This document shows positions 26,560 to 35,734 of a DNA stretch of 64,000 nucleotides, in pieces. The notes under the pieces are model-generated. The model made no database searches. It was not told where the DNA came from and saw only the letters and a program-made list of their open reading frames with translations. The position numbers and the translations under genes were made by a program. This DNA is from Bdellovibrionaceae bacterium UBA3535 (GTDB taxonomy: Bacteria > Bdellovibrionota > Bdellovibrionia > Bdellovibrionales > UBA840): assembly GCA_002376845.1 (NCBI GenBank), contig DFOS01000008.1, positions 3,583 through 67,582 on the forward strand. Direction: 5' to 3'. Within the stretch, counting starts at the first letter, position 1. Every line of letters begins with the position of its first letter.

Positions 26560-27639
26560 ATGTTCCAAATCATCGATCGCTATATCATTAAACAATTCCT
26601 AGGATACTTTGCCGGCTCGTTGATTGTGTTTTCCTCCTTGTTTTTAGCTATCGATTTTATGACGAATCTTGCAAAATATTCGGCAAGTGCAGATGTTTTC
26701 CTGGCTTACTATTTGTTGATGACTCCCTCAATCATGTACCAACTCTTGCCCATTGCTTTTATTATGGGGGCAATTTTTACTCTTACAAATTTAAACAAGA
26801 ACAACGAATTGGTGGCCTTATTTTCTAGTGGTATGAGCCTTGCTCGAATCAGTTTGCCAATTTTGTTGAGCGTGGCCTTTATCTCGTTTTTTAGTTTTTT
26901 TATTGCCGATATGGTGATTCCAAAATTGGAGCACAAAAAAGATCAGATTTACTATCATAAAATCAAAAAAAAGCCGTGGTTGATGTCGACGGTTAAGTCC
27001 GACAAGATTTGGTTTCGCTCAGAGAATCGACTTTTCAATTTGCGATCTTTTAGTAGTTCCCAATCAAGTGCACAGGGGCTCACCCTCTATTATTTTGATG
27101 AAGCTTGGAATTTACTGCAAATCATTCGTGCCAAGGACATTGCCATGAAAACCGGGCAATGGTTATTAAAAGATGGTAGTGTTACCGTTTTTGAAGAAAT
27201 CTCTCCCTTTCCCATTGTGAAAAAATTTGCGGAAAAAAGCATTGGGGTTAGCGAGGCTTTTTCGGTACTGGACTCCGACTATTCACAAACGGAGCTCATG
27301 ACCACCGGTCAACTCAGTGAATTTATCGAAAAAAACAAGGCAGCTGGTATTGATACCGTGGAATATGAGGTGAGTTTGCACCAAAAAATTTCCTACGCAT
27401 TTGCCGGGCTGGTATTGGTCTTAATGGGGATTCCCTTCTGCGTTGGCCATGCTCGTAGTGGCTCCTTTGGCAAAAACATTGGGGTCTGCATACTCATTGT
27501 CTTCATCTACTGGGTTTTATATTCTTCCTTTATCAATTTTGGTAAGCACGGAGTATTTCCCCCCTTAATTGCTGCCTGGGCCCCCAATCTACTATTCTTT
27601 GGTTTTGCTATTCACCTGTTGGTACGTGTGAAAAAATAG
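26560..27639 (+). CDS. LPS export ABC transporter permease (LptF/LptG, YjgP/YjgQ family)
   Basis: MFQIIDRYIIKQFLG N-terminus. Six TM segments with a large periplasmic loop, 359 aa. Confidence 0.8.
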   Translation: MFQIIDRYIIKQFLGYFAGSLIVFSSLFLAIDFMTNLAKYSASADVFLAYYLLMTPSIMYQLLPIAFIMGAIFTLTNLNKNNELVALFSSGMSLARISLPILLSVAFISFFSFFIADMVIPKLEHKKDQIYYHKIKKKPWLMSTVKSDKIWFRSENRLFNLRSFSSSQSSAQGLTLYYFDEAWNLLQIIRAKDIAMKTGQWLLKDGSVTVFEEISPFPIVKKFAEKSIGVSEAFSVLDSDYSQTELMTTGQLSEFIEKNKAAGIDTVEYEVSLHQKISYAFAGLVLVLMGIPFCVGHARSGSFGKNIGVCILIVFIYWVLYSSFINFGKHGVFPPLIAAWAPNLLFFGFAIHLLVRVKK

Positions 27640-27716
27640 CCAATTGCTCGTAATTACGGCTTTTTTCTGTTTTTATTCCATAATTTTTGCTAGTATAAAA
27701 GTGTGTAGGAGTGCGC

Positions 27717-28283
27717 ATGACAATACTTGATGTTGTTACATATCCAGATCCTGTTTTGAAAAAGGTGGCAAAAAAAATCGACCTTTTTAATGACGAGCTG
27801 AAAACATTGGCGACCAATATGCTGGAAACCATGTACGAGGCACCAGGGGTGGGCTTGGCTGCCCCCCAGGTGGGACAAAGCATACGTATGATTGTGGTGG
27901 ACACCCGCCCATCTGATGAAAATGGCCCCTATATTTCGGAAAATATGACGGACTTAGAAAAGCAGGCGGATTATCCGCTGGTCATGGTCAATCCCGAGAT
28001 TAAGCAGAAAAAGGGCCATATAAAATGGGAAGAAGGCTGTTTGAGTGTGCCGGGTTATACCGAAGAAGTAGAGCGAGCCGCTTGGGTAGAGGTGCATTAT
28101 CAAGATCTTGACGGCAATCAACATAGCATGGAAGCAGACTCTCTTCTCGGGGTTTGCATACAGCATGAAATCGATCATCTAGATGGAAAGGTCTTCATTG
28201 AGCGACTAAGCCAGCTCAAGTTTGATCGAATACGCAAACAAATTCGTAAATACGGCTATCCAGAAAAAGAAGCTGAGGAATGA
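27717..28283 (+). CDS. def: peptide deformylase
   Basis: Motifs GVGLAAPQ, EGCLSVPG and HEIDHL. ATG at 27717 is 5 nt after AGGAG. Confidence 0.95.
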   Translation: MTILDVVTYPDPVLKKVAKKIDLFNDELKTLATNMLETMYEAPGVGLAAPQVGQSIRMIVVDTRPSDENGPYISENMTDLEKQADYPLVMVNPEIKQKKGHIKWEEGCLSVPGYTEEVERAAWVEVHYQDLDGNQHSMEADSLLGVCIQHEIDHLDGKVFIERLSQLKFDRIRKQIRKYGYPEKEAEE

Positions 28284-29209
28284 GTAAAGTTCGCATTTTG
28301 TTTTTAGGTACAGCGGATTTTGCTGTGCCCGCATTAAAGGCGGCCTTTGAGGATGAGCATTACGAAATAGTAAAGGTCATCACGCAACCAGATCGCCCGG
28401 CGGGTAGAAAACTAGAGATGAAAGCTTCGCCGGTAAAACTTTGTGCTGCAGAGCTTGGGCTGGAAGTCTTGACGCCAGAGAAAATCAATCAGCCAGAAAT
28501 GCTAGAGGAAATCGCCAGCTATAAGGCTGACATTGCGGTCGTAATTGCCTATGGACAAATACTTTCGCAAAAGTTTTTGGATCTTTTTCCCTTTGGCGCC
28601 GTAAATGTACACGGCAGCTTGCTGCCCCGCTGGCGTGGTGCAGCTCCTGTGCAAAGAGCTATAATGGCAGGAGATTCTGTATCGGGCGTTTGTTTGCAGA
28701 AGGTGGTAAAGGAGCTGGATGCGGGCGATGTGCTGGGTGCTAGGCGAGTAGAAATCTCCGAAGAAATGACGGCAAGTGAGCTATATGAAATTCTTAAAGA
28801 GCGCGCTGCGGAACTGATTCATATTGAGTTGATGGACTACATTCGTGGGAACCTTAGTGGTGCTAAGCAAAATCCTGAAGAAGTCACGCACGCGGCAAAG
28901 ATTGGCAAACAAGAAGGTGAGCTCGATTTTTGCAAAACTGCGGAGCAGATTTGGAACACCTATAAAGCTTTAAGTATTTGGCCAGGGGTTTGGACTTTTT
29001 TGAATGGCAAAAAGGTAAAGCTTACGAAGGTAAAAAAAGCATATGCGAAAGGTGAGCCGGGTGATATTATTGAAAACGATAAGCAGTCGTTTTATATCGT
29101 CTGTGGCAAAGGGGCGATTGAGGTCTTGGAGCTGCAGCCGGAGTCAAAGGCGAAGATGAAGGTAAAAGACTTTTTAAACGGATTTTCACTGCCAAAAAAA
29201 GTGGGCTAA
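28280..29209 (+). CDS. fmt: methionyl-tRNA formyltransferase
   Basis: Motifs FLGTADFAVP and NVHGSLLPRWRGAAPVQRAI. ATGA overlap with def. Confidence 0.95.
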   Translation: MSKVRILFLGTADFAVPALKAAFEDEHYEIVKVITQPDRPAGRKLEMKASPVKLCAAELGLEVLTPEKINQPEMLEEIASYKADIAVVIAYGQILSQKFLDLFPFGAVNVHGSLLPRWRGAAPVQRAIMAGDSVSGVCLQKVVKELDAGDVLGARRVEISEEMTASELYEILKERAAELIHIELMDYIRGNLSGAKQNPEEVTHAAKIGKQEGELDFCKTAEQIWNTYKALSIWPGVWTFLNGKKVKLTKVKKAYAKGEPGDIIENDKQSFYIVCGKGAIEVLELQPESKAKMKVKDFLNGFSLPKKVG

Positions 29210-29218
29210 GGAGAGCAA

Positions 29219-29962
29219 ATGTTTTTACTAATGATTTCTCTTGGATTTGCACTAAATGTAAAGCAAGTGATTTTGGATGAGAATATTGTATTGAAGCAAG
29301 ATTGGACCTTCGCGGTAAAATCCAATGCTAGTGCCTACAAGATCAAGAAAAAAGGGCGTCATATTCAAGAAAAGGACGGGCAAGCCCATTATTTTATATC
29401 GCAAAAACATAATCAAAATGCGCGCTCCTTATTTCGAGTGGAGCAGCATACGGGATACAATTTTAAATCCTATAAATATACTTTAGGAAGTGGTGGTAGG
29501 ATTGACGCGGTTACGGTTTGCGAGAAAAATTCAAGAATACGTTTAGATGATGAAGACAATATATTGGTGTGTCAGTACATGGATTATCAGAGCTGTTCTC
29601 ATTTCAAGGGACAAACAGCCAAACAAGCGGCCGTGAAATTAAAGCAATGCCAAGATTTGGCGCAAAAGCTAGCAGGCTATTTTCCAGACGACAAAAAGTA
29701 TGCTAGGCGCACCGAGGATGCCATTGATCAAACGGCCAATGCACTGGATGCTATGGGATTTGACTATGGCAAGGGGGCATTTGCCAGTTTAGTTGCTAGC
29801 GATGATGAGTATCGCAGTCGTACAAGAAAAGACATACTGGCAGATAATATGAAGCATTTGGATTATTTGTACCATTCCATCCATCTTGCTAGTGAAATTT
29901 GCAATACAGTGGGGGATAATGCGCCACCGCGCCAGGCAGCACCAGAGAAGGCTAGCAATTAA
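29219..29962 (+). CDS. hypothetical protein (possible secreted)
   Basis: 247-aa ORF with a hydrophobic N-terminus. No recognisable domain. Confidence 0.45.
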   Translation: MFLLMISLGFALNVKQVILDENIVLKQDWTFAVKSNASAYKIKKKGRHIQEKDGQAHYFISQKHNQNARSLFRVEQHTGYNFKSYKYTLGSGGRIDAVTVCEKNSRIRLDDEDNILVCQYMDYQSCSHFKGQTAKQAAVKLKQCQDLAQKLAGYFPDDKKYARRTEDAIDQTANALDAMGFDYGKGAFASLVASDDEYRSRTRKDILADNMKHLDYLYHSIHLASEICNTVGDNAPPRQAAPEKASN

Positions 29963-30005
29963 TCAAGCTTTCAGTTAATAATACCCTTAGTTTATTGGGG
30001 TATTT

Positions 30006-30677
30006 ATGATCAAAAACAAACGGCAAGCAAAATATATTTCGCCCAGCATTTTGTCGGCAGACTTTACCAATATGAAAAAAGACTTGCTCTCCTGTGAGCG
30101 TGGAGGGGCTAACTTTATTCATATGGATGTTATGGATGGGCATTTTGTACCCAATATTAGTTTTGGTGTGCCGGTGATTCGCTCCTTGCGTGCAGCAAGT
30201 GCTTTGCCATTTGATACGCACCTGATGATCGAGAATCCAGAGCAATATGCTGAGGCTTTTATCGATGCCGGTTCGAATTATCTTACCTTTCATGTTGAAG
30301 CGAGCCAGAATCCTAAGTCTTTATTGCAATTCATTCGCTCTAAGGGGGCCAAGGCTGGTTTGAGTCTAAGGCCGAGCACCCACTTAAAAGAATTGATTCC
30401 TTACTTAAGAGAAGTGGATTTGATTTTGGTGATGACGGTGGAGCCCGGATTTGGTGGCCAAGAATTCATGGAATCGCAACTTGGAAAAATCCAAGAGCTA
30501 CATACTTTAAGAGAAAAGCATGAATTGGAATTTTTTATTTCGGTGGATGGCGGCATCAACCTGCAAACCGGCAGGCTCGCCGTAGATGCAGGGGCAGATT
30601 GCCTTGTAGCAGGCTCCTTTGTTTTTAAAAACAATGCCGTATCGGCACTGCAAGAATTAAGGAATTTACCATTATGA
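30006..30677 (+). CDS. rpe: ribulose-phosphate 3-epimerase
   Basis: Motifs SILSADF, HMDVMDGHFVPN, MTVEPGFGGQ and VDGGI. Confidence 0.95.
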   Translation: MIKNKRQAKYISPSILSADFTNMKKDLLSCERGGANFIHMDVMDGHFVPNISFGVPVIRSLRAASALPFDTHLMIENPEQYAEAFIDAGSNYLTFHVEASQNPKSLLQFIRSKGAKAGLSLRPSTHLKELIPYLREVDLILVMTVEPGFGGQEFMESQLGKIQELHTLREKHELEFFISVDGGINLQTGRLAVDAGADCLVAGSFVFKNNAVSALQELRNLPL

Positions 30678-32197
30678 TAGAGCTGGATGGACAATCGCTG
30701 AATTTAATAAAACTCATGGCCATTGCCGAGGGCGAGAAAGTTGCTCTTAGCAGTGAGGCAAAAAAACGCATTGTCGAGTCGCGCGAGTATATAGAAAAAA
30801 AACTGGCTGGCGAGGATGCGATTTATGGAGTGAATACTGGTTTCGGTGCCTTCTCCTCGGTTCGCATTAGTGATCAAGATATTGAGAAATTGCAGGTAAA
30901 TTTAATTCGCTCGCATTGCACCGGTGTGGGCGATCCGTTCACAAAGGATCAAACCCGCGCCATCATGGCCTTAAGAGCCAACGCTCTAGCCACGGGCCGC
31001 TCGGGCATTCGTTTAGAAACAGTAGAAAAAATTTTAGAATTTTTAAATCATGATATTCTGCCTGTGATTCCGCAGCAGGGGAGTGTGGGAGCCAGCGGCG
31101 ATCTAGCGCCACTATCTCACCTTGCTCTGGCCTTGATTGGTGAGGGCCAAGTGTGGCAGGGGGAGCAGCAGGTTGAAGTCTCCGATATTTTAAAGCAAAA
31201 AAAAATTGAGCCCGTAGTGCTTAAGGCGAAAGAGGGTTTGTCATTGATCAATGGCTGCCAGGTGATGACGGCCGTGGGCATGCTAGCGGTTGGCACGGCC
31301 ATTCGTTTGGCAAAAGCCGTGGATCTTGCCGGAGCCATTACGCTCGAGGCTCTGCAAGGAACACGCGCTGCCTTTGATCCTTTGATTCCGGAAACCAGAA
31401 AACATCCTGGGGAAGCGAAAACCGCCCGCAATTTATTAAAGCTCTTAGGTAGCACCTCGGCCATAGCGGAATCCCATGCCGATTGCTCGCGGGTACAGGA
31501 TGCGTACTCGCTTCGCTGCATGCCCGCCGTTCATGGCGCCGCCAAAGACGCCATTGATCGAGCTTTAGAAACTTTGGAAATAGAAGCCAATTCCTCTACG
31601 GACAATCCGCTCGTATTTGTGAAAGAAGATAAAATTTTATCTTGCGGCAATTTTCATGGTGAGCCCGTGGCCTTTGTTTTGGATTACTTGGGAATTGCCA
31701 TGGCGGCCATGTCGAGCATTGCGGAATGCCGCATTGAAAAGCTTATCAATCCGGCCATGAGTGGGCTTCCGGCCTTTTTGGCCAAAGATGGCGGATTGAA
31801 CTCGGGTATGATGATCGTGCAAGTCTCTGCTGCCTCACTCGTTAGCGAGAACAAAATTTTGGCACATCCAGCAAGCGTGGATTCTATACCTACTTCAGCA
31901 GACAAAGAAGACCATGTAAGTATGGGCACCATTGCTGCAAGAAAATTGCAAAGCATCATTCGTAATGCCGAGAACATTGTGGCCATGGAGCTGCTTTGTG
32001 CGACGCAGGCCTTGGATTTTCTAAAGCCGCTAGAGCCCGCCGCCGGAGTCAAAGCGGCCTATGATCGTATTAGAAAAGAAGTGTCTTTTGCTGAGGAAGA
32101 CCGAGTCTTTGCCAAAGACATTGAGACCATCAAAGAGATTTTACGCGGGGATTTGATGGATGTGGTGGAGAAGGCAAGCGGTAGCTTGGAATACTAA
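30674..32197 (+). CDS. hutH: histidine ammonia-lyase
   Basis: MIO-forming GSVGASGDLAPLSH motif. 507 aa. ATGA overlap with rpe. Confidence 0.93.
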   Translation: MIELDGQSLNLIKLMAIAEGEKVALSSEAKKRIVESREYIEKKLAGEDAIYGVNTGFGAFSSVRISDQDIEKLQVNLIRSHCTGVGDPFTKDQTRAIMALRANALATGRSGIRLETVEKILEFLNHDILPVIPQQGSVGASGDLAPLSHLALALIGEGQVWQGEQQVEVSDILKQKKIEPVVLKAKEGLSLINGCQVMTAVGMLAVGTAIRLAKAVDLAGAITLEALQGTRAAFDPLIPETRKHPGEAKTARNLLKLLGSTSAIAESHADCSRVQDAYSLRCMPAVHGAAKDAIDRALETLEIEANSSTDNPLVFVKEDKILSCGNFHGEPVAFVLDYLGIAMAAMSSIAECRIEKLINPAMSGLPAFLAKDGGLNSGMMIVQVSAASLVSENKILAHPASVDSIPTSADKEDHVSMGTIAARKLQSIIRNAENIVAMELLCATQALDFLKPLEPAAGVKAAYDRIRKEVSFAEEDRVFAKDIETIKEILRGDLMDVVEKASGSLEY

Positions 32198-32432
32198 TTA
32201 TTCCGTTACCCAGACAAACGCCGGATAAAAAATCTTTAAGATCGAAATAAATCTACAAGCAAGACTGGTAGCGTCTTTGCAAAAGAAAAGGCTGCTACCC
32301 ACTTGCAGAGACCTTTTGGCCCTTTTTCAACACTAGTTTAAAGGGGGTTCGATATGGATAGTAAAAGTTATTATCTTTATCGGCAGAAAATGACGCTATT
32401 TAAGTTTTTAGCGTTTAGCAACAATAAAAAAA

Positions 32433-32462
32433 GCTCTTACAAAGTAAGAGCCTTTTTTATTT
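32433..32462. terminator. bidirectional rho-independent terminator between convergent hutH and the fibre gene
   Basis: Perfect 8-bp stem gctcttac (32433-32440) / gtaagagc (32444-32451) with a 3-nt loop. An A-run lies upstream and a T-run downstream. Confidence 0.75.
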
Positions 32463-32478
32463 TGTAGATAGTTGAATT

Positions 32479-34953
32479 TTATTTCATACCAAGATGCGCT
32501 TTGATGGCTTCAATCTCTTTTTTCAATTCGGCATTTTCTTTTTCTAAAGCTTTTACCTTATGACTCATTTCCACAACAGCCTTTAGTTGATAGAGCTGAA
32601 AACTCACGCCATAGCGAATACGCTTATAACCATTTTCATCGGTAACCACCATCTCAGGAAAAATCTTCTCGAGCTCCTGCGCAATCAAGCCTACTTCATG
32701 TCCTTCGCGTCCATGAATATGTTGGTTCTCTTTTTTCCAGTCGTATTCAACAACATTGATCTGCGATACTTTGTCGAGGGTGGATTCGATAGGGGAGATG
32801 TTTTCTTTGAAGCGGACGTCGGATACGCATGTACCTGTTTGTGGCGTCATACCATCATCAACTATACAATCATATACTTGCACATCATTGTTTGCTAACA
32901 AAGACATAGTTGGAAATCCATCAAGCCCATGTTTGAAAGTTATATCTCCATTATCCATTACGTTAATATCCCAATTTTCGGGACTAAAATTGTTTACTAG
33001 CTTTAAAGATGTTTCTGACTGACTTATTGTATGAACTTCAAGACTAGCAATTGGAGCATTAGTCCCAATCCCCAATTTACTGCCTGGATTGGGGAGAAAT
33101 AGTTCGCCAGTTGAAATGTCTCCTTCCATTAGTATGTTAGCACCACTTCCCAAAAGGAATCTATCATTCAGAGGGCCAGGCTCCGTATCATAGACATTAT
33201 ATCCTATAACAACATTATTGTTCCCGCTTGAAGCATCTCTATAGGCGTTAGCACCTATCAATACATTTCCAGATCCCTCAACGTTCCCGCCAGCTCTATA
33301 TCCTAAAGCAGTATTATTATTAAAAGTAGTTAAATATTGCAGAGAACCAAATCCTATAGCAGTATTCATCCCTCCTGATGTAATGGAGCTAATAGAGTTA
33401 CTGCCTAAAGCTGAGTTATAGCTTCCTGTAGTAATGGTACTGCCTGTTGCAAACCCAACACCAGTGTTATGGGTACCGGTGGGCAAATAATCAGTACCAA
33501 TAATCATGTTGTTCCCGCTGAATGAAGCGTCAGTTAGGCTGTCTATAGTGCCGCCGCCGCCACCAGGTGTACCACACACAAATTGATTCATGGCTGAATT
33601 CCATTGAAGAGCATCTGCGCCAGTACAATCAGTGCCTCCTCCTAGACCTCCAATTGAGGCGTCCATAAAAAGGTCATTAACAAAATTGTGAACAGATTGT
33701 TCGGAAGGTATCACATCTGTCGCCATCCCGAGCCCGCCAGTTTGGACACCAGTAATTGTGTTTCCGCCAATAGTCACATTTCCAGAAAATGTGGCGTTGC
33801 CGGTAGTAGTAAGCACACCAGTGAGACTTAGGTCGCCAGCTATATTAACAATCGATGCAGAATTAGAAATTATTGAATCTTCTAGGCCGTTTCCACCAGA
33901 ATTGATTCTAGGAATCTTACCCACAGTACCAGAGATTCCAGCTCCAGTTTGGTCCGTTTCGCAGCCAAATGCAGTGCCAGTCCAAGTAAGAAAACTACCT
34001 GCCTCACAAATGCCACTATCTATACTCAGGTTCGCAGCACCTGATGCCGCTCCTCCACTTAAGCCATTACCTGCAGTAACATCGGTGATATCGCCAACAC
34101 TAGAATCACATGCCCAAGTACTGGGTCCTTTCATTAATACTTGACCTGTAGTACACAAGGCATCATCTAGCTCTGCAAGACCTACTGTATCAGCTTGTAA
34201 AGTAGTTACACCGGTGTTACTCAATTCAATATCGCCGGTAATATCTACAGCTGAGGCTGTACCGGCATTGCCCACATATACATAGCTATCAGTTAGCGCT
34301 GTAGGCAAACCACCACCGCCAGTTTCATCTGTCTCACAGTCAAAGTTCGTACCATTCCAAGTAATTTTATTTCCGGTACCGGAACAGGAAGCAATATTAG
34401 AGGTATCAATAGAAGCGTTTAATACACCACCTGTTAATGAACCTACAATTCCATTTCCTGGAGTGAATGTGTGAGCAAAATCATTAGCTGATTTATCACC
34501 TAGTCTGTTTGCCATCATTGCCATGGGCACGGACTGAATGGGCTGTTTTGGTAGTGTCTCAATATTAGTTTGGTCATTGAAGGTAATTTCAATTAAAAAA
34601 GGTTCACCTGGGTTGTAAGAGGCCGAACAAGATGCTTCCCCTAATATTCCACTTTTGTAAAAGTAATTTTCTAAAAAACCGTTGCTAAAAGTGTTAGGAG
34701 AAGAGCCCTTACCAATATCTAGATAAAAAGCACCGTTACTTGTACTTAAATCATTGTCTAGATGCTGTTCTTCATATATTTTACAATCACCATCAATATC
34801 ATAAAGAGCAACGGTGATGTCGACATCAGGTGCTGTTATAGGGCTGCCACCTAAATCAGTTAAGACTCCGCTATAAGTGAATCCCCATTGTTGCTGTGCA
34901 TGGGCTGTGCCCATAAAAATAAAAAATAGAAAAAACGTACAAAGAGTTTTCAT
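32479..34953 (-). CDS. secreted tail-fibre-like protein with C-terminal peptidase-S74 intramolecular-chaperone domain
   Basis: Trimmed to the ATG at 34953 (signal MKTLCTFFLFFIFMGTAHA/QQ). Four Cys-bracketed C-x(n)-W-x(n)-C modules. Gly/Asn/Ser-rich Hep_Hag-like repeats (NSALGSNS...NTAIGFGS...NTALGYRAG...NVLIGANA...NVVIGYNV). C-terminus SDVRFKENI...VVEYDWK...GLIAQELEKIFPEMV followed by a coiled coil. Confidence 0.8.
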   Translation of the reverse strand: MKTLCTFFLFFIFMGTAHAQQQWGFTYSGVLTDLGGSPITAPDVDITVALYDIDGDCKIYEEQHLDNDLSTSNGAFYLDIGKGSSPNTFSNGFLENYFYKSGILGEASCSASYNPGEPFLIEITFNDQTNIETLPKQPIQSVPMAMMANRLGDKSANDFAHTFTPGNGIVGSLTGGVLNASIDTSNIASCSGTGNKITWNGTNFDCETDETGGGGLPTALTDSYVYVGNAGTASAVDITGDIELSNTGVTTLQADTVGLAELDDALCTTGQVLMKGPSTWACDSSVGDITDVTAGNGLSGGAASGAANLSIDSGICEAGSFLTWTGTAFGCETDQTGAGISGTVGKIPRINSGGNGLEDSIISNSASIVNIAGDLSLTGVLTTTGNATFSGNVTIGGNTITGVQTGGLGMATDVIPSEQSVHNFVNDLFMDASIGGLGGGTDCTGADALQWNSAMNQFVCGTPGGGGGTIDSLTDASFSGNNMIIGTDYLPTGTHNTGVGFATGSTITTGSYNSALGSNSISSITSGGMNTAIGFGSLQYLTTFNNNTALGYRAGGNVEGSGNVLIGANAYRDASSGNNNVVIGYNVYDTEPGPLNDRFLLGSGANILMEGDISTGELFLPNPGSKLGIGTNAPIASLEVHTISQSETSLKLVNNFSPENWDINVMDNGDITFKHGLDGFPTMSLLANNDVQVYDCIVDDGMTPQTGTCVSDVRFKENISPIESTLDKVSQINVVEYDWKKENQHIHGREGHEVGLIAQELEKIFPEMVVTDENGYKRIRYGVSFQLYQLKAVVEMSHKVKALEKENAELKKEIEAIKAHLGMK
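32482..32823 (-). other. predicted auto-cleaving intramolecular chaperone (peptidase S74) domain of the fibre protein
   Basis: The last 114 aa start at Ser750 of the 863-aa ORF numbering, within CVS-DVRFKENI. This matches the S-D-x-R-x-K cleavage motif of endosialidase-type tail-spike chaperone domains. Confidence 0.65.
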
Positions 34954-34954
34954 T

Positions 34955-35653
34955 TTATAACCCCTTAATTTTAAAATGTGTGGTGCCATCGACACCAGAT
35001 TTAGAAATACTTGATCCAATATTACTATTTTTAATACTAAAATCTGTGGAGCCAGGTACATTGCCACCACCAGCTAGAACTTCGCCATTGCGGGGCCCAC
35101 TAGGTGCGGTGCCATCATCCAAACACGTCGGAGGCGCCCCAATCGAGCTGGCCACATGATTTGCTAAACCCGGAAAGCTCGCATTGATTTCCACCGTGAT
35201 TTCCGGGGCATCAAAATTAATGCCATTGGCTTGTCCTATTAAATATACTTCATTAAGTTCACCATTATTTAAGCCAGCCGAGGCTCGGCAACCTGTGCCT
35301 AAAGGCTGTAAGTGTAAATATACTTTTATGTCGCGGGCAGCGCCTCTTGGAGCCAAGATTTCAATATTACCACCAGCGGGAACATAGCCTTGAAATAAAC
35401 CTTGCTCCGGTGAGCACGTATTCGCTGGAGCACTAATCAAATCGGGCGCCGTAATGTTTACGCCAAAGCAGTAATCATAGCCAACCGGAAAGGCGCTCAT
35501 GGAACCAACAACCTTACCTTGCAACTGTTGCTGAGTAGGAGCTTTGATCACGAGCTTAGATTTTGTTTCATCTTCAAAGAAACGTGAACAAGCTGTGGTG
35601 AAAACCAGCAGCGTAATAAGCCCTAAAGTTTTAAAAATACCAAAGATTTGCAT
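34955..35653 (-). CDS. hypothetical lipoprotein co-oriented with, and 1 nt upstream of, the fibre gene
   Basis: Signal plus lipobox LLVFTTAC. Cys-containing beta-rich body with a Gly-rich C-terminus. The start region reads GTG-TTG-ATG, and the ATG at 35653 was chosen. Confidence 0.55.
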   Translation of the reverse strand: MQIFGIFKTLGLITLLVFTTACSRFFEDETKSKLVIKAPTQQQLQGKVVGSMSAFPVGYDYCFGVNITAPDLISAPANTCSPEQGLFQGYVPAGGNIEILAPRGAARDIKVYLHLQPLGTGCRASAGLNNGELNEVYLIGQANGINFDAPEITVEINASFPGLANHVASSIGAPPTCLDDGTAPSGPRNGEVLAGGGNVPGSTDFSIKNSNIGSSISKSGVDGTTHFKIKGL

Positions 35654-35734
35654 CAACACTACTTCGGTAGAGTCGAGAAAAATCTAAAGACATGCATCGT
35701 GATCTTTGTAAAAAAAAATGTATCGGAATGATCG

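Noticed and set aside
29980-30004. A 7-bp hairpin (aataccc/gggtatt) between the 247-aa hypothetical gene and rpe, considered as a possible terminator.
   Set aside because: The stem is AT-rich with an 11-nt loop, there is no real U-tract, and it ends 1 nt before the rpe ATG. It is not convincing as a terminator.
32340-32360. GGGGGTTCGAT, a T-loop-like string suggesting a tRNA in the hutH/fibre intergenic region.
   Set aside because: No acceptor stem, anticodon arm or complementary T-stem could be drawn around it.
32354-32467. A 37-codon ORF (MDSKSYYLYRQKMTLFKFLAFSNNKKSSYKVRAFFIL) with a good SD (aaggggg) in the hutH/fibre intergenic region.
   Set aside because: It runs through the terminator hairpin and I cannot assess conservation. 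It is too short to support from sequence alone, though it is worth a Ribo-seq glance.
34954-35070. The N-terminal 39-codon extension of the fibre ORF in the track (start at 35070), which would overlap the upstream lipoprotein gene. Similar upstream extensions occur at 47314-47370 (hemH), 62751-62858 (prs), 17170-17274, 20293-20349, 37434-37481, 43153-43197 and 54295-54342.
   Set aside because: Internal ATGs give canonical signal peptides or conserved family N-termini and have better SD spacing. The extensions overlap neighbouring genes or promoters.
32479-35659. The tail-fibre-like gene as evidence of a prophage.
   Set aside because: No integrase, terminase, capsid, portal, tail-tube, baseplate or lysis genes occur in the surrounding 10 kb. 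The gene has a Sec signal peptide and its own promoter and terminator, so I treat it as a cellular fibre cassette instead.
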